A stretch of DNA of 64,000 bases, from positions 1-64,000 of the forward strand of contig CAJVPI010000005.1 of NCBI GenBank assembly GCA_910592345.1. Reading direction: 5' to 3'. Numbering within the stretch: the stretch's first letter is position 1; each line of letters opens with the position of its first letter. The stretch is from Paraglomus brasilianum (Eukaryota). The translations under genes and the position numbers were made by a program. Under the pieces are notes generated by a model, which was given only the letters and a program-made list of their open reading frames with translations, made no database searches and was not told where the DNA came from. Of the stretch, positions 26,095-39,200 are shown one piece after another.

Positions 26095-27122
26095 TTTGTG
26101 TTGTTACAGATGTAATAATTAATGACTTAACTATACCATCAACACCCTTCAATGTTGGGAAAGTAAGCATTTGCTAATGCATATAGTATCATATTATTTA
26201 ATAGACATATCAGCGGGTTTGACGTAATAGAGAAATATATGATTAAAATGATCAGTACGAATTGCAGCAGGGCATTGCCATAAAAGGCAATCAGGTTACT
26301 GTCGCTACAGATTGGGATTTACGTTTAATTGTTATCGTTGGAGTTACAGAATCCATGAATCTTTGATATTAAAGTTTCCATAAATCAAATCTGCTACCCA
26401 ATCTGCCGCCTTTCTCCCTTAAAACACGTTCACTGTAATCACATTCGTATAGCATATTATGGTATGGTCTCCATTGCCGCTATCTCTTCGAATTCCTATC
26501 TGGCGATGCGTCTCTATAAGGCAGAACATATCGTCAGTCTCGTGAACTTTCAGCATAATGTTTTGCCTGCATGATGCGTTCTCGAAAACGTAAATCCGGT
26601 ACAGCGACAAGCTCAAAGCCATACGGATCACAGTTCAGATAAGGATGTATAAGCTTTAAATCCGGTTACCATTATAATCGCGTTCGTTGCCTCGATTATA
26701 GTTTTCAATGGATATAATTTCGCGAGCAGAAAACCCTTGATGGAGGCATAGAATTCGAAACGAATACTCAGATGGTTCTCTGGTTAGAAGAATTCATTGT
26801 AGAGATGCTGCAAACATAAGTTAACTCGTATGCCATCGTCAAATAAATTTGATTTCTAATAACGATCGAGGATCAGGTTGTCAGGATCGATCTCTATAGC
26901 TATTTCAAGGAAGCAAAGGAGGGCACAAAAGGTATTACCCTAGTCAATTTCTCTCATCCACTGTCGCTATCGGTTTCGACATAGACCAGTCCTTACCACC
27001 GCGCGTATATTGGGTTTATTTCGTTAATCGTATCCAAATAAAGGTCCAACGCTTTCCTAACTTAACAAAGTAGCATTGGATTCAAAGGAGATCTACTTTA
27101 ATTAATATAATATTAATGTATT

Positions 27123-28402
27123 AATGTAACAAAAGTTTTATTTGCTACTCAAAAACTACTGCATAAAACTTAACGATATAAAATTAGTAATTTATTCTTT
27201 GACTGTTGTTTTCTATCATCATCTCACATCTCTTCATTGATCCGATACAGTTAATTAGAACGCTATTCTAATTCGGAATTCTATCCCATTCTTCCGCCAT
27301 ATTAATATTAATATACTGCTCTAATTCTGAAAGATTTTTAGGCATACGCATTTCTACACTTCTTTTGACAATAACCTAAAGATTTTCGATTGGGTTTAAG
27401 TAAAGTCTGGACTACTGGAAAATTTTCGCTAAGAAATGTCCTTGAGCACCTGACTTGTATGCCATGATGTTTCTAAAGCCAAATGGAGAAGTTTTTAAAA
27501 TCCTCCCCATGCTGTACTGGTCATTCACCCTTATACCATTGAGTTATTGTATTTCTGAATAACTGAAAGGCAGTTTCATCATGAAAATAATGTAGTCTCC
27601 CGATTATCATTGAGATGTCTGGTTCCCCAACTAAAACGAGCTTCTTTATGAGCAACAGTAAGCATAGCCGTCTTTAGGGGCAGACTTTTTTGTAACCCAA
27701 TCTTGCCAAATGTCTTGAAATTGTCATATGAGATACATGACATTGTTCGTCTAAATTTCTGAGCAAGGTTTTCACATCCAATCTTTGTTCTTTTGTGCAT
27801 TGCCAGATCACAACATCCCGAGTCTTTTTGTCGTGAATTTCTTGCAGCTGTTGGAAATTAATCCTAATGACGCGTACATAGTTTATCCGAAAAAATCATT
27901 GCACCAGAAGGTGTGCATTTATCACTATCTCTTGTGGACACCCCAGATTGATAAAAGGAAAAAGGAATAGGCTCTGTATCAACGTTACAAAGAGAAGGAT
28001 AATCAGCTCTTTCCACGGCCGCTTTGTTACAGTTACCAGACTCGTACATTTTACTTAACTTTAGGCTTTTCCCATGAGCCTTGGAGAAGAATTCGTTTTT
28101 GGATTACAACGCAAATATTGCTCTTGATTCGTGTGTGGTAACTTTCTTGGGACGACCACTTGCTAACTTTCTTGAATTATTTCAGTTTTTTTAGAATAGA
28201 TATATAAAACAATTGTAAAATATCGTGAAATCTCACTTACATTTTAGCATTGCATATGCCGAGGTAGTTGACATTGTGATGCCAGTCCTAGAATATATTT
28301 CCCTTTGCAGACGTGCTTCCATTTAGCAACAATTCTTTATCAGAAGACGTCATGTAAAATATGACGCTCGTTGCTCTTATTTTTGGAAAAGCTTGTTACA
28401 TT
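27123..28402 (-). mobile_element. Degenerate Tc1/mariner (DDE_3) transposon
   Basis: Minus-strand fragments SGRPKKVT, MLTVAHKEARFSWGTRHLNDN..TLFS, ETAFQLFRNT and SSPD..LNPIENL. Weak inverted ends AATGTAACAA (27123) / TTGTTACATT (~28393-28402). Confidence 0.8.
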
Positions 28403-28739
28403 GTATAATAGATTTGTGCGTCTTAATTATTGTCACTAGATCATTTATGACGTCATTGTAGTACAGTATGTTGCAGCACGCCCATGTGTCAGATTAAAAC
28501 GAATGATAACTTTTAGAATGTTTTAGCTTCAATATTAAATCTTGTATGCATAGCAACAAGCGTCTTTTACACGTGCTCAGGCAATCTTTATTCCAAGAAT
28601 CTTTTTTACTCGTTGATATAATCCAAACCAAACCACAGCTTATATCTCATTTTTTGATGCTTTAATCTGCCACACCCCACATGTTGACAGTAACTCAAAA
28701 GTCAATGTCACGCGCTTAGCATCATCGCCCACAGTCATT

Positions 28740-30554
28740 ATGTCTTATTGGCGGTGTCTGGATACTAGCCCAGATGAGTTGAGGCTGGACACTACCCTCA
28801 AATGTGGTCAAGCGTTCCGTTGGAGACTCTCAGGACCCGACGAATGGTTGGTATAATATCGATTGATAGTAAGAATTTAAATATATTTTTAACATTAATA
28901 TGTAGGTCATGCGCATTCAAAGGAAAATTGATATCAATACGCCAAACAGGTAATGTGCTATTTTATTCGTATCTACCAATTTACAACACACACTGTATAT
29001 TCGCTCATTCCACCTGCATTTTTTCCCTCTCGACACAGAAACAAGTGTAGAATACAGGTCATACCCAACTACAACAACGGACATTGGACTCTTCCTCAGA
29101 GAATACTTCCAATTACACATCAATCTCTCCGATTGCTACAAACGATGGAGCAAAGCTGATAAACACTTTGCAAAGATTGCCGGGGGGTTTAGGGGTATCA
29201 GAATTCTTAAGCAGGACCCAGTGGAAAATTTATTTTGTTTTATATGTTCGCAGAACAACAATATCAAACGGATCGAACAAATGGTAAGAGAAGATAGGAA
29301 AGGGTGGGTTTCGTGGATGGAATTGGATGAGATTATTAAAAATCTATGTGACCATCTTACGTCGACATCAACCTATCAATCTAACATTGCCTTGTACTTT
29401 TTTCGCTCACCTCTCAACGTTCTATTCGCAAAGACTTCTACCCTCTGCGAAAGATATGGGAAACCAATTCACACTCACAATTCGCATACGTACTATGACT
29501 TTCCCCTCCTCTCTTCACTCTCCCACGCGTCTTTAGAAAGCGAGCTAAGAGATTTGGGTTTCGGATATAGAGCAAAGTACATCGCAGAGACAGCCAAACT
29601 TTTGGAAAAAAGAGGAGAGGATTGGCTGACGGGATTGAGGACGTGTGGATATGAAGAGGCTAAAGAACTTTTGACTCAGCTATCGGGGGTGAGCGTAGAA
29701 GAGATGTGTATTTTTGGAACTTGGGGTATTCAATGAAACTAATTTGATCCTTCAGACGTTAACTTTTTTCTTTCTTTCCTCTTCCGATCCACTAGGTTGG
29801 CCCTAAAGTCGCGGATTGTGTGGTAATTTGTCGATATAGCAATCTGACTTTGAGTAATTATCTTCGTTCGTAAGATCATCCTGTCTCATAGAGTCGTATA
29901 ACGCGCACGCACACGCACACGCACATTCTTACTCGCAGCTTCTAATGTCCCTCGACAAACCAAATGCAATACCGATAGACACTCATGTCTGGCAAATTGC
30001 AAAGCGATCATATGGTTTCTCATCATCTGCTTCATCAAAGACGCTTACACCGCGGATGTATACGGAGATAGCAGAGTACTTTAGACGATTGTTTGGAGAG
30101 TATAGCGGATGGGCACATTCTGTGAGTATCAGGAAAAAGAATATAAGAGTTAGAAGCAAGTAGTTGCATTGGGATGATGGTGGGGAGGGGTAGGGTACAA
30201 CAAAGTGTAATCTCACTTTTACCATATTCTGTTCTACCGACGAAATGGTTTTATCGCGTTCGGTCCCACGCCATGTTTTGTTAATAGGTGTTGTTTACGG
30301 CTGATTTGAAGGCATTCGAGAATAGACAGGATGTTGATAAGGCTCTGAATGGAATGACAAAATCGAAAAAGAAGAAGAGAAAAGCGGATAGTCAAAAAAT
30401 AGACAAGGATATTGAAAAGATTAGCCGAGATTTCGAGAATCTTGAAAAAACCAGCGCGAATGCAAATAGTGGATCTAGTGAAATCATCGATGCTAGTGAT
30501 AGTATAAATGCTGATAAAGCGTTGAGACGCAGCCGTAGATTGAGAGTGCAATAA
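28740..30554 (+). CDS. OGG1: 8-oxoguanine DNA glycosylase / AP lyase, 7 exons
   Basis: ELRLDTTLKCGQAFRW, RILKQDPVENLFCFICSQNNNIKRI, LRDLGFGYRAKYI, HhH motif LSG|VGPKVADCV, AIPIDTHVWQIA and FGEYSGWAHS|VLFTADL. Confidence 0.97.
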
Positions 30555-31741
30555 AGTGTGCTTACGGACATGATGATTAAAAGTACGTATGCAAGAATAA
30601 GAGAGATGATTCGTATTGTAAATAAAAAGTTGCTGCATGAATAAAACACAAAAACTTATTAAGCTATAATGAACGATACTAACTTAGCCAAGCATTCCAA
30701 ATGGTAGGATAATAAATTAATTGATGTGACTAATGATAACTGCAAGTTACACCCACGTCCCTCAAACAGGTGCTTGGTATTTGACAAATAACGAAGCGGA
30801 GGTAGGCCCTGCTGTGGGAAATTGCTGATTGTGGGTAGATCTCAGCGCGGACTACCATAACTAAACCCTTGCGCAATGGCTTCATCATCACTGTTTGTTA
30901 TTACAGAGGGTTGTCAACCAAACATTGTGCTAAAAATAAATGGACACTAGTTAATTTCAGCAATTCTCCGAGTGGCTGCTAAAAATATCTTTATTGTGAT
31001 ATAAGTGAAGGTTGTACTGTATGTGACATTGTACCCTTTTGAGATAGAGTAACTTTGTACGAGTCACAAGAACAATGATAACTGCGTATAATGAATGGCG
31101 CACATCTCCTCGACCCCCTCGCCTCCTCCTTATCTTATTCTCATACCTGAACTGGATTAGCTTAACTTGTTAATGCGATGGGCATCGTTTGTTTACTATT
31201 CAGCATCCGTTAAACCAAACTAGTCGTCCATACTAATAACTGCCTTGAAGCCCTTTGACTTGGCGATTTCCGAGATGTTATGGAATATAGCGCGAGTAGA
31301 TAAACAGTAAATACATTAAAGGAAATCGATGACGAACAAGAGCAATCGGGAAAGCCACGCATCATGCGGTAATGGGTAGTTTACCAGGCACTCAATGCTT
31401 GTGATGATAACATGGTTCAACAGACAGCAACATGCCGATTACCATCTATTTTTAGAACAATAATTAGAACGTACAAAAGTAGATGTTATTGTAACGAGTA
31501 ACAAAAAAGGAAAGGGAGCAAGATACAAACAATAGATAAGTGAAGTGATAATCCAAATAGGTTAAACTGCAAGATAATCGAGGGTATTACCTGTATTTAC
31601 AAGTTATCAAAATCCATTGGGCCTAAAACAAGTGTTCGGCTTTTGTATTTGGGGTCCCCTATTGCAAGTTATACTCTTAATATCCATAATGTCAATCCAT
31701 TTTATCTTGAATGCATTGTTGGTGAAAAATGCATAGACGCA

Positions 31742-31806
31742 GAATGGTTTTCCATTGAGGAGAATGGTTTCCCATTGAAGAAGAATGGGTTTCCATTGTA
31801 GAAGAA
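31742..31806. repeat. Three ~21-bp tandem units, each quasi-palindromic (AATGG-N4-CCATT)
   Basis: GAATGGTTTTCCATTGAGGA / GAATGGTTTCCCATTGAAGAA / GAATGGGTTTCCATTGTAGAA. Confidence 0.75.
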
Positions 31807-34579
31807 CCGAGTCTAATAATAAAATCGTATTTTTACTGGCCGTTCATTGATATACCATTGTTGACCTTACTTTGAAGGCTTTATGCACATTTTTAGACGG
31901 TAACAAACACCGCATACAGACATGCAAGCCTTTTCACCGGTATGTCCGATTACCGATTTGTGGAAATTTACACATCAACGCAAGTGTTTACATATGATCG
32001 AGAGACAAGGTTTGAGGCATTCTAAGAGGGAAATGAATTAACTTTTAACAAATGCACAAATGCATGCTGTAACCAAATCAGAGATTTCAGGTGTAACCTT
32101 ATTGAATAGTTCGCTCATGGCCACAATGGTCTTTGCAAACGGCTTGGAAACCGTTCGTTCGTTAGTCACAAAGGTAAGTTATGGGATAGCACTGTCTCGC
32201 ATTCCAGTTTGTATTAATGCGCTATGGCTTACAAAGACGAATAAGTCCAATTGGGTAATTATAACTGACGAAAGTTTTCAGATATTGAAAAAAGAAAACG
32301 TTTCTATTTAACCGTACAGTGAACATTAAACAGTGAACATTAAACAGTGAAATGGATTCATCGGGAGGATTTTTATTCTTACTGCCATCCTTTAAACGGG
32401 AAAATCGGAATGCGCTAGTCTTGCTCACTTTCAGCTGATATAGACATTCTTCAAGCAAAGCGTTTTGACAGCTTATCAGTGGCTTCGTTTTGAGTTTTGC
32501 TGCATTTATTCTTGTCGAAATAAGTAAAAACGAAATGCTTGTGGCACAGTCAATATGTGGGGCGTGTTGCATAAAAATTGTGGATTGGGGGGGTTAAACG
32601 CCACAAACAGATCTGTTCTTACCCGAATTGGGATTGTAAATAACGGAAGATTTCAGTTTATTATTCCCTTCTCCTTAACCGAGCGTGCTAATCAGATCCA
32701 ATTGCTTATGTTTTCCTCCCATTTTCAAATCACGTCACGCATTCTCGAAGAATCCGTCTATGAATAGCCTTCAATGACACATGCTCCTTGAATTACAAGA
32801 GCTGAAGGGCGCAGGGGTTAAAACCAGTTACTATTTATTGCAAATGACGAAGACATTACTAATGGCAAGAATGGGAGATGTTTGTCACGATTATCCACAA
32901 TTACGTATGGATACCAGGATGACAAATACGAATATGCAAGTTTATCAGAGAACGAAGAGACTTGTTTTGGTAAGACCCAATTTAACGAAAAATGCAAATA
33001 GTGTCTACTCTGTCTTAGCTATTAAACAATCCGTTTTCTGCAAGAGTTTGTATAATTTGGCGTTAATATTAATATAGACATATGGTTATGTATGAAACTC
33101 TATTCAACAGACAATTATCTTTGGAGTTTTAAATAAGTTAACAAGGTCAAGTTGTAAAGCGAATAATATGAATTAAGTGAAATTTTAAGACTTGTAAGAA
33201 ACTTGTATTGTACTGCGCAGAGTATATCGGAATTATGGCCAGTTCGATGTACAAGGCAAGTAAACTGACGATCTAAATAGTGTAAATGAGCCATTGGGAT
33301 TGACAAGGTGATGTTATCCTGTATAATGTACTGTATAATAAACGTCAATAGAAACAAAGACGTAGCAGTTGTTCTATTAATAACAACGCCCAAATTCGGT
33401 ATTGATGGCCGTTTTTTTTTAAAGTTTAACATTCCAAATTTGGTCGAGCTGCGTTACAATAATTTCTCCCGACTTAATAAAGTATTGTTAGGAATCCACC
33501 TTTCAAAGCGACTAATCTAATCGATGGTACGCTGAGTCGACAGTTTACCGCACGGACGTTTGTCAAGACGTCTAACAAGCGAATCTATACACATATCTAT
33601 CTACATACTTGGTTCGCAGTTGGCAAGGTGAAAGAGATTTACGGTAGTCATAGCGATACGTGTGCGCAAAATAGGCTCGTAGGATATTGTGGGAACTGCC
33701 AATTAGACAAAGTATTCGCATTTTATTTGTTATTGTCTACAATTAGAACAAACTTTTACGTAACTGTGCGTAGAACTAGCAGTTAGAATCAAGTTCTACG
33801 ATATAACTATCCCCGTTCGACATATCAACGGTTACTGAAAAGCGTGCAATTCTAAAGTATAAATAAAATAGTATATGCTCAAATAACAAAGTCAAAATGC
33901 TTGATACTCTTTCTTTAATCCCATTCCAATCCACATTGACGTTAGCCAATATAACTAATAGCAATAGACTATTACGGTAATATCGCATGACAATACTAAT
34001 CGACTAATGTTATAATATGTTCAGAGTGGGACAATATATTAAACATTATTTATACGCAACTATTGCAATAGATTTTACTCACACAGTCATCAACTCCCTA
34101 ACTTTACCATATCACAGTCACACGTTAACATGCGATAAAAATAGCACATTATTAAAGTTGGGTTATACCCAAAGTCTTGACTTGGTAAGGATTGACAAGT
34201 TGATGTGACTATTGACTATGGACTATCGCTGAGCCTATTAATAGATTCTGTACAAAAAGTGATATTCTCTGTTTACACTACTATTTATACAGTTTCCCCA
34301 AATTAGGCAATTGCCATTAAAGCCACACCCACCTTCAAACATATATACGCCTCCCGACATCTCCAACCTTTCAAAAACAACAAAAAAAGTGATAGTTTTT
34401 ACTAGTAGAGTGTGAAGCGGACTTTGAAAATAATTCATTCGAGCATTTAGTACATAACAAACATTATACACGGAAACACAAACACACGCATTGCATAGAA
34501 TATTATAGCAATAGTAGACGTAAATACCAATAGCATTTATACACAAATCATACACTCAACTCAATTACAATCAACAGAC

Positions 34580-36295
34580 ATGTCTAGCGAACAACCGCAA
34601 AGATCAGAACTTCGCTCTCGTATTCAGCAGCGCCTACAACAACGCACCGACACAACCACCAAATCTTCGCCGAAAACCTTCAATCAACTCCCCCCATACC
34701 TCCAAAACGTTCTCCCCGACAACTACACTTATATCATCAAATCATACAAAGAACTCCCCTTGTGCACTTTCGATGGCGCACCGAATGCTTCGTTTGATGC
34801 ACAATTCTACATCAACATTGCCTCGATAGACGAGATAGAGGCATGGCGACAGGCATTCCATACCAAAACCGGAACAATATTTCGAATCACCAGAGCAGAC
34901 AAGGTGAAAGGAATCAAGGTGATCTATCACAAAGACTTTCACTGCAGACATGCTGACATTGCCGCCATCAAGTACATGCAAAAGACCTATGCCCAAAAGG
35001 CCGGTCAGAGGAGGAGTAGAAATACAAACTGTCAGTGTCTAGCAAAGATTCGGTTGGAGAAATCGAGATTGTCGCTCTCACACCCTTGCGAAGTGAGGAT
35101 GGTGTATAACCACAACCATCGAGTGGAACCAGACCAATCGAAAAATAACAACAACATTACCACCACGACCTTGAACTCTCATATAATGTCATCTACTCTA
35201 GTTCCCCCGCCGTTCTTGCATGAAACTTCTCCGCCCTCCATCGGTACCACTCCGCTTGGCACGCCTCTGATTGGGACTCCGAGCGATACGACCACTGTCA
35301 GCGCCCAGAGCTCGCCTAGGCAAGAATTTGCCGATTTCGGTTATGGATTAAGTCATTCAAGTATGGATCAGAAGTGTTTAATGAATGCTGATGTTTTTGA
35401 GACTTGTAATCGGAATACCAACCAAATGTTTTCTTTTTCTACTGTAAATAATTCTAATCATATCAACCAATCTCGCGATGGCATAACTTTTCTTCAACCG
35501 ACCATTACCACTACTGACACTGACAACACTACTACCTCGACAAATTTGCTTCCTTCTCTTTCTTCAACTCTGCAATCTTCTCTACCATTTTCTCATACAT
35601 CGACATCTACCACTCCACTTGTTCAACTTCCCATATCTACATCGACATCTACATCACCACTTCTTCCTTTTTCTCAACCACCCATTTCTACATCGACATC
35701 TACTACTCCACCACTTCCCACAACTAACAATCGTTATCACTCTCCACCTACTTCTCAAAAACTCTTAACAGCTCTCACTCAATTCGCTCGAGAAACCGAA
35801 GCCGACATTCTCGCTGCAGACCCATACTATAACAATTCGCTCTACAAGTTCTTTACTGTGCAAAACAAGGCCAGATCCCACTCGCTTGAAATGGCTGCTC
35901 AATTCTTTGATTCTTTCTCGTATATTCCAGCCTATGAAGAATATCCTGGAGCGGGCATGGGAATAGAATTGTTAAGCGGTGCTGACTATCTTGGAATGCA
36001 GTATCAACAGCCGCAGCCGCAACAAGATCAAAAGACTTATCAGTCGTATGACTTTTGTCAAGAGAGCAACGCAATCTTGGATCAACAGTATCAACAATAT
36101 CAGAGCGATCTTTCTCAGGGTTCGGACCCTTTTGCCATCTCGCGAAAACGCAAACATTTCGAATTGGGCAGCAGCTATTTTGATATGCCCCAACCAAGGC
36201 GCAAGCGAGATTGCCTGTCGGGAACCGAGAGAGCGTCACAATTAAATGTGACAAGCGAGAATGAAGTTGACAGACTCGGGTTGGGATATCTTTAA
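34580..36295 (+). CDS. 571-aa intronless protein with an N-terminal MULE/FAR1 (WRKY-GCM1-like) zinc DNA-binding-like domain and S/T/P/Q-rich low-complexity region
   Basis: Long intact ORF. Pattern W..AF..KT..IFRI..FHCRH..SRNTNCQC..IRL..CEVRMVYNHNH. Basic NLS-like RKRK and RRKR near the C-terminus. Confidence 0.75.
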   Translation: MSSEQPQRSELRSRIQQRLQQRTDTTTKSSPKTFNQLPPYLQNVLPDNYTYIIKSYKELPLCTFDGAPNASFDAQFYINIASIDEIEAWRQAFHTKTGTIFRITRADKVKGIKVIYHKDFHCRHADIAAIKYMQKTYAQKAGQRRSRNTNCQCLAKIRLEKSRLSLSHPCEVRMVYNHNHRVEPDQSKNNNNITTTTLNSHIMSSTLVPPPFLHETSPPSIGTTPLGTPLIGTPSDTTTVSAQSSPRQEFADFGYGLSHSSMDQKCLMNADVFETCNRNTNQMFSFSTVNNSNHINQSRDGITFLQPTITTTDTDNTTTSTNLLPSLSSTLQSSLPFSHTSTSTTPLVQLPISTSTSTSPLLPFSQPPISTSTSTTPPLPTTNNRYHSPPTSQKLLTALTQFARETEADILAADPYYNNSLYKFFTVQNKARSHSLEMAAQFFDSFSYIPAYEEYPGAGMGIELLSGADYLGMQYQQPQPQQDQKTYQSYDFCQESNAILDQQYQQYQSDLSQGSDPFAISRKRKHFELGSSYFDMPQPRRKRDCLSGTERASQLNVTSENEVDRLGLGYL

Positions 36296-39200
36296 AGAGT
36301 GTGAGAGACGGGAACATTCAGATCATGGTTGGGATTTTTTTTTATTTTTTTTTTGTACATTTTTTTTTTGGAGGGACTCCCACACAAACTTTGTAAATGA
36401 GGTTCCGAGGCGAAGATTTGTATATATATACAGTATATAAAATTTGCCCGAGAGACTTTGTTTTTATTGTAGATAGATTTAAAAAGAAATGGACTTTTTT
36501 TTCTCTCTCTAGTTTCCTCGTTTATCACAAAAAAAGAACAACATCAAAGACTTTTTAAAAGTAACATTACGTTACGTTGTTTGACTGAACTTTTGGACTT
36601 TATATTTCTATCGTTTTGCATATTTTATTTCTACCATTTTCATTCAATTTTTGTATAGCTTATAACGTATATAATCCTATCTCTGTCTTTTTTTTTTTTT
36701 TTTTCTCTTTTTTTTTTCTGTTTATATTTGTAAATTTCTCAATTCTACCTTTTTTTTTTCTTTTCTTTCTTTAGCGAATCCTTTTTGTACAAAGATTTCC
36801 CCTTTTTTTTTTCTTCTCCGAACCCATTCTTTTTCTCTTTCCCCCCTTTTTTCTTTTGCATTCCATTTTTGCATACTTACTTTTTGCTTTTTTGGGACAT
36901 AAGACAATTAAGTTAACATACATTTCAGACTTGATAGACAAAAACATTCTATGCTTGTTGTGCAAAGTTTTAAATGCTTAGATGAATAATAAATAAATAA
37001 AGATAAGCGGTTGTGCCATAAACGAAAAAGTAGTGTATTACAAAGTCATTGTATGGAATACCGTAAATGATAGGTTGACATGTTTGGAAAGAATGACGAC
37101 TATGAGTAGTTACGTGTGTACCTTATCGTAATATATATGGTTGGTGTGACAATGATCAGTGTGCGTTTATTATTATACTTTTACTAAAGCGACGGGATTC
37201 CCCTTGGCAAATATCCGAGAACAGAGATGGGGACTCACAATGACGTTTCTGCGGAATACGGGATAAGATTGATGGCGAAAAACACCCGTCTCATGACCCG
37301 CTGCTATTAATAAGTAAATGTTATTTCGCATTACTAATGCCAAGAGACCACAATTCTTGTGCCAAGTAGACGAAATCTATTGTCACTCCAAAGTTGGTAT
37401 GATTCAGCTGGCGTTGTGATAACTTGGAATAAACGTTTCCAACATTTCCAAGCATCACACAATTACGAGAGATATCTTTCTTGTCTTCTTTACAATCGTA
37501 TATACTGTATATCCGTAATACGTAATCAATATTTTGTGGGAGTTTACTTAATTAGTTTAACCAATTGGCTTTGAACTCTTACAAAGTTTATCGACGTTTT
37601 CATAAACAATACGTGTGGCTAATAATTGATCGGCATGGCACGTTGATCAAAAAGTCGGAGATTGGTTTCTATTATTCGTCTTGATATAGCAGTAATTCTA
37701 ACACTCGTAAAGGCACCATTCTACCCTGGAATGCACAACCCTAGTGTTCTGTATGACTGTGATGACTGTGGCGATGTAATCGAATTGCCAACTAAGTTTT
37801 ATCTTGATGACATTGAAAGGCGCAGTTTCTGTGATGTAGAACGGTTGTATAATAAATACGTTGCACACACGGGATCTCCGTTCTATAAATATATAATAAA
37901 TTTAGTACAGCGGGTCCGTGCGAGGGCTATTTCGGGAGAATTGCGTGTAACATCTTGGGTCACAAAGTTATTTTTGGAGTTCTGGCTGTGGCTTTGATTT
38001 TAAGGTTTTTCAGGTGGGAGGCTTGAACACGGGAAAGGAGGTTTAATGAATTGGAAACCTCGTGAGCAAGTACTGAATAATTACCAGTAGTACATAATTA
38101 TAATAAACAAATATAGTCCTACCTCCAGAATTATATCGCGCATGTGTGTCACACTTGATCATATTCAGTGGGTAGGCATTAGCGTTAGTTATAGTTAGGT
38201 ATATACATGGATGGACCAAGTCATTTATTTTATTATTGCCCTGATTTACGGGGGTTTGCGTTCCTTTATTTGAAAGTGATCCTGCATTAAAAATTGTTGC
38301 CTGATTTACTATTACGCCTGATTTATCCACACTACTGTTAATCATGGCCCGTTCTGACAAATGATCAACATATCTAGCACAGACGTTATATATAGAAATG
38401 GCATGTGTTGTTGCAAGTTGTAATGTAATTTAATGTTGTCATACGAGTGATATATATAGTTAAATAAATTCGCTCAACATAATTAATATTAATATTAAGG
38501 GATATAAACGAGGTTACGCTCTTAATAGATTACTTAATGCATATAGATCGCTACACGTATAGGATTGTTGAGATCGGGATGCGAGTGGGAGGGGGAGATA
38601 TAACCGAGGTACGACTGTACACATAGGAATACATGTTTATCATCGATTCTGTTCCAATTCCGATCGACCAAGTCAATGCATCTATCGTCGATGACATAAA
38701 GAAGGTAAAGCTTTGAACTGCCATATTAGGATAAGCTCGGCTTAAATTAGCAAGCTTGTTTGTGTTAAATAATGATGCACCCCGCATGAGATAAGTTACC
38801 TGCACCCTTCTGTTCTTCCATGCAACTCAAATCTCAATTATTATTATGGTAAACAACACATGTCTGCACTTGGAGTTTACTGTAAAGTTTTACCTTGATA
38901 AAGTTTTAGCAGACAGAAATAGCGTATCTTAATCCTGAACTCTAATTTTGTCGGTTTACATCATCTGCTCATGGTTACTCACCATTCAAGGTCGTGTAAA
39001 TGTTTGTATTTATTTTAAAAGAAACAAAAACCCTGAATTGGGATTAAAAACGTGAGACAATTGAATTTTCCCTTACACTAAATTATTAGTTGTAAAGACC
39101 TTAATTTAATATCCATGTCCATTCTTGGTAACGTTCTCAGATTAATGTTTTCGTCACATAGGCTGATTTAAGGTTACGTTAAGGGTTTTTTCCCAAGGCA

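Noticed and set aside
36330..36965. Lys-rich minus-strand ORFs
   Set aside because: They are artefacts of poly-T tracts downstream of the 34580-36295 gene.
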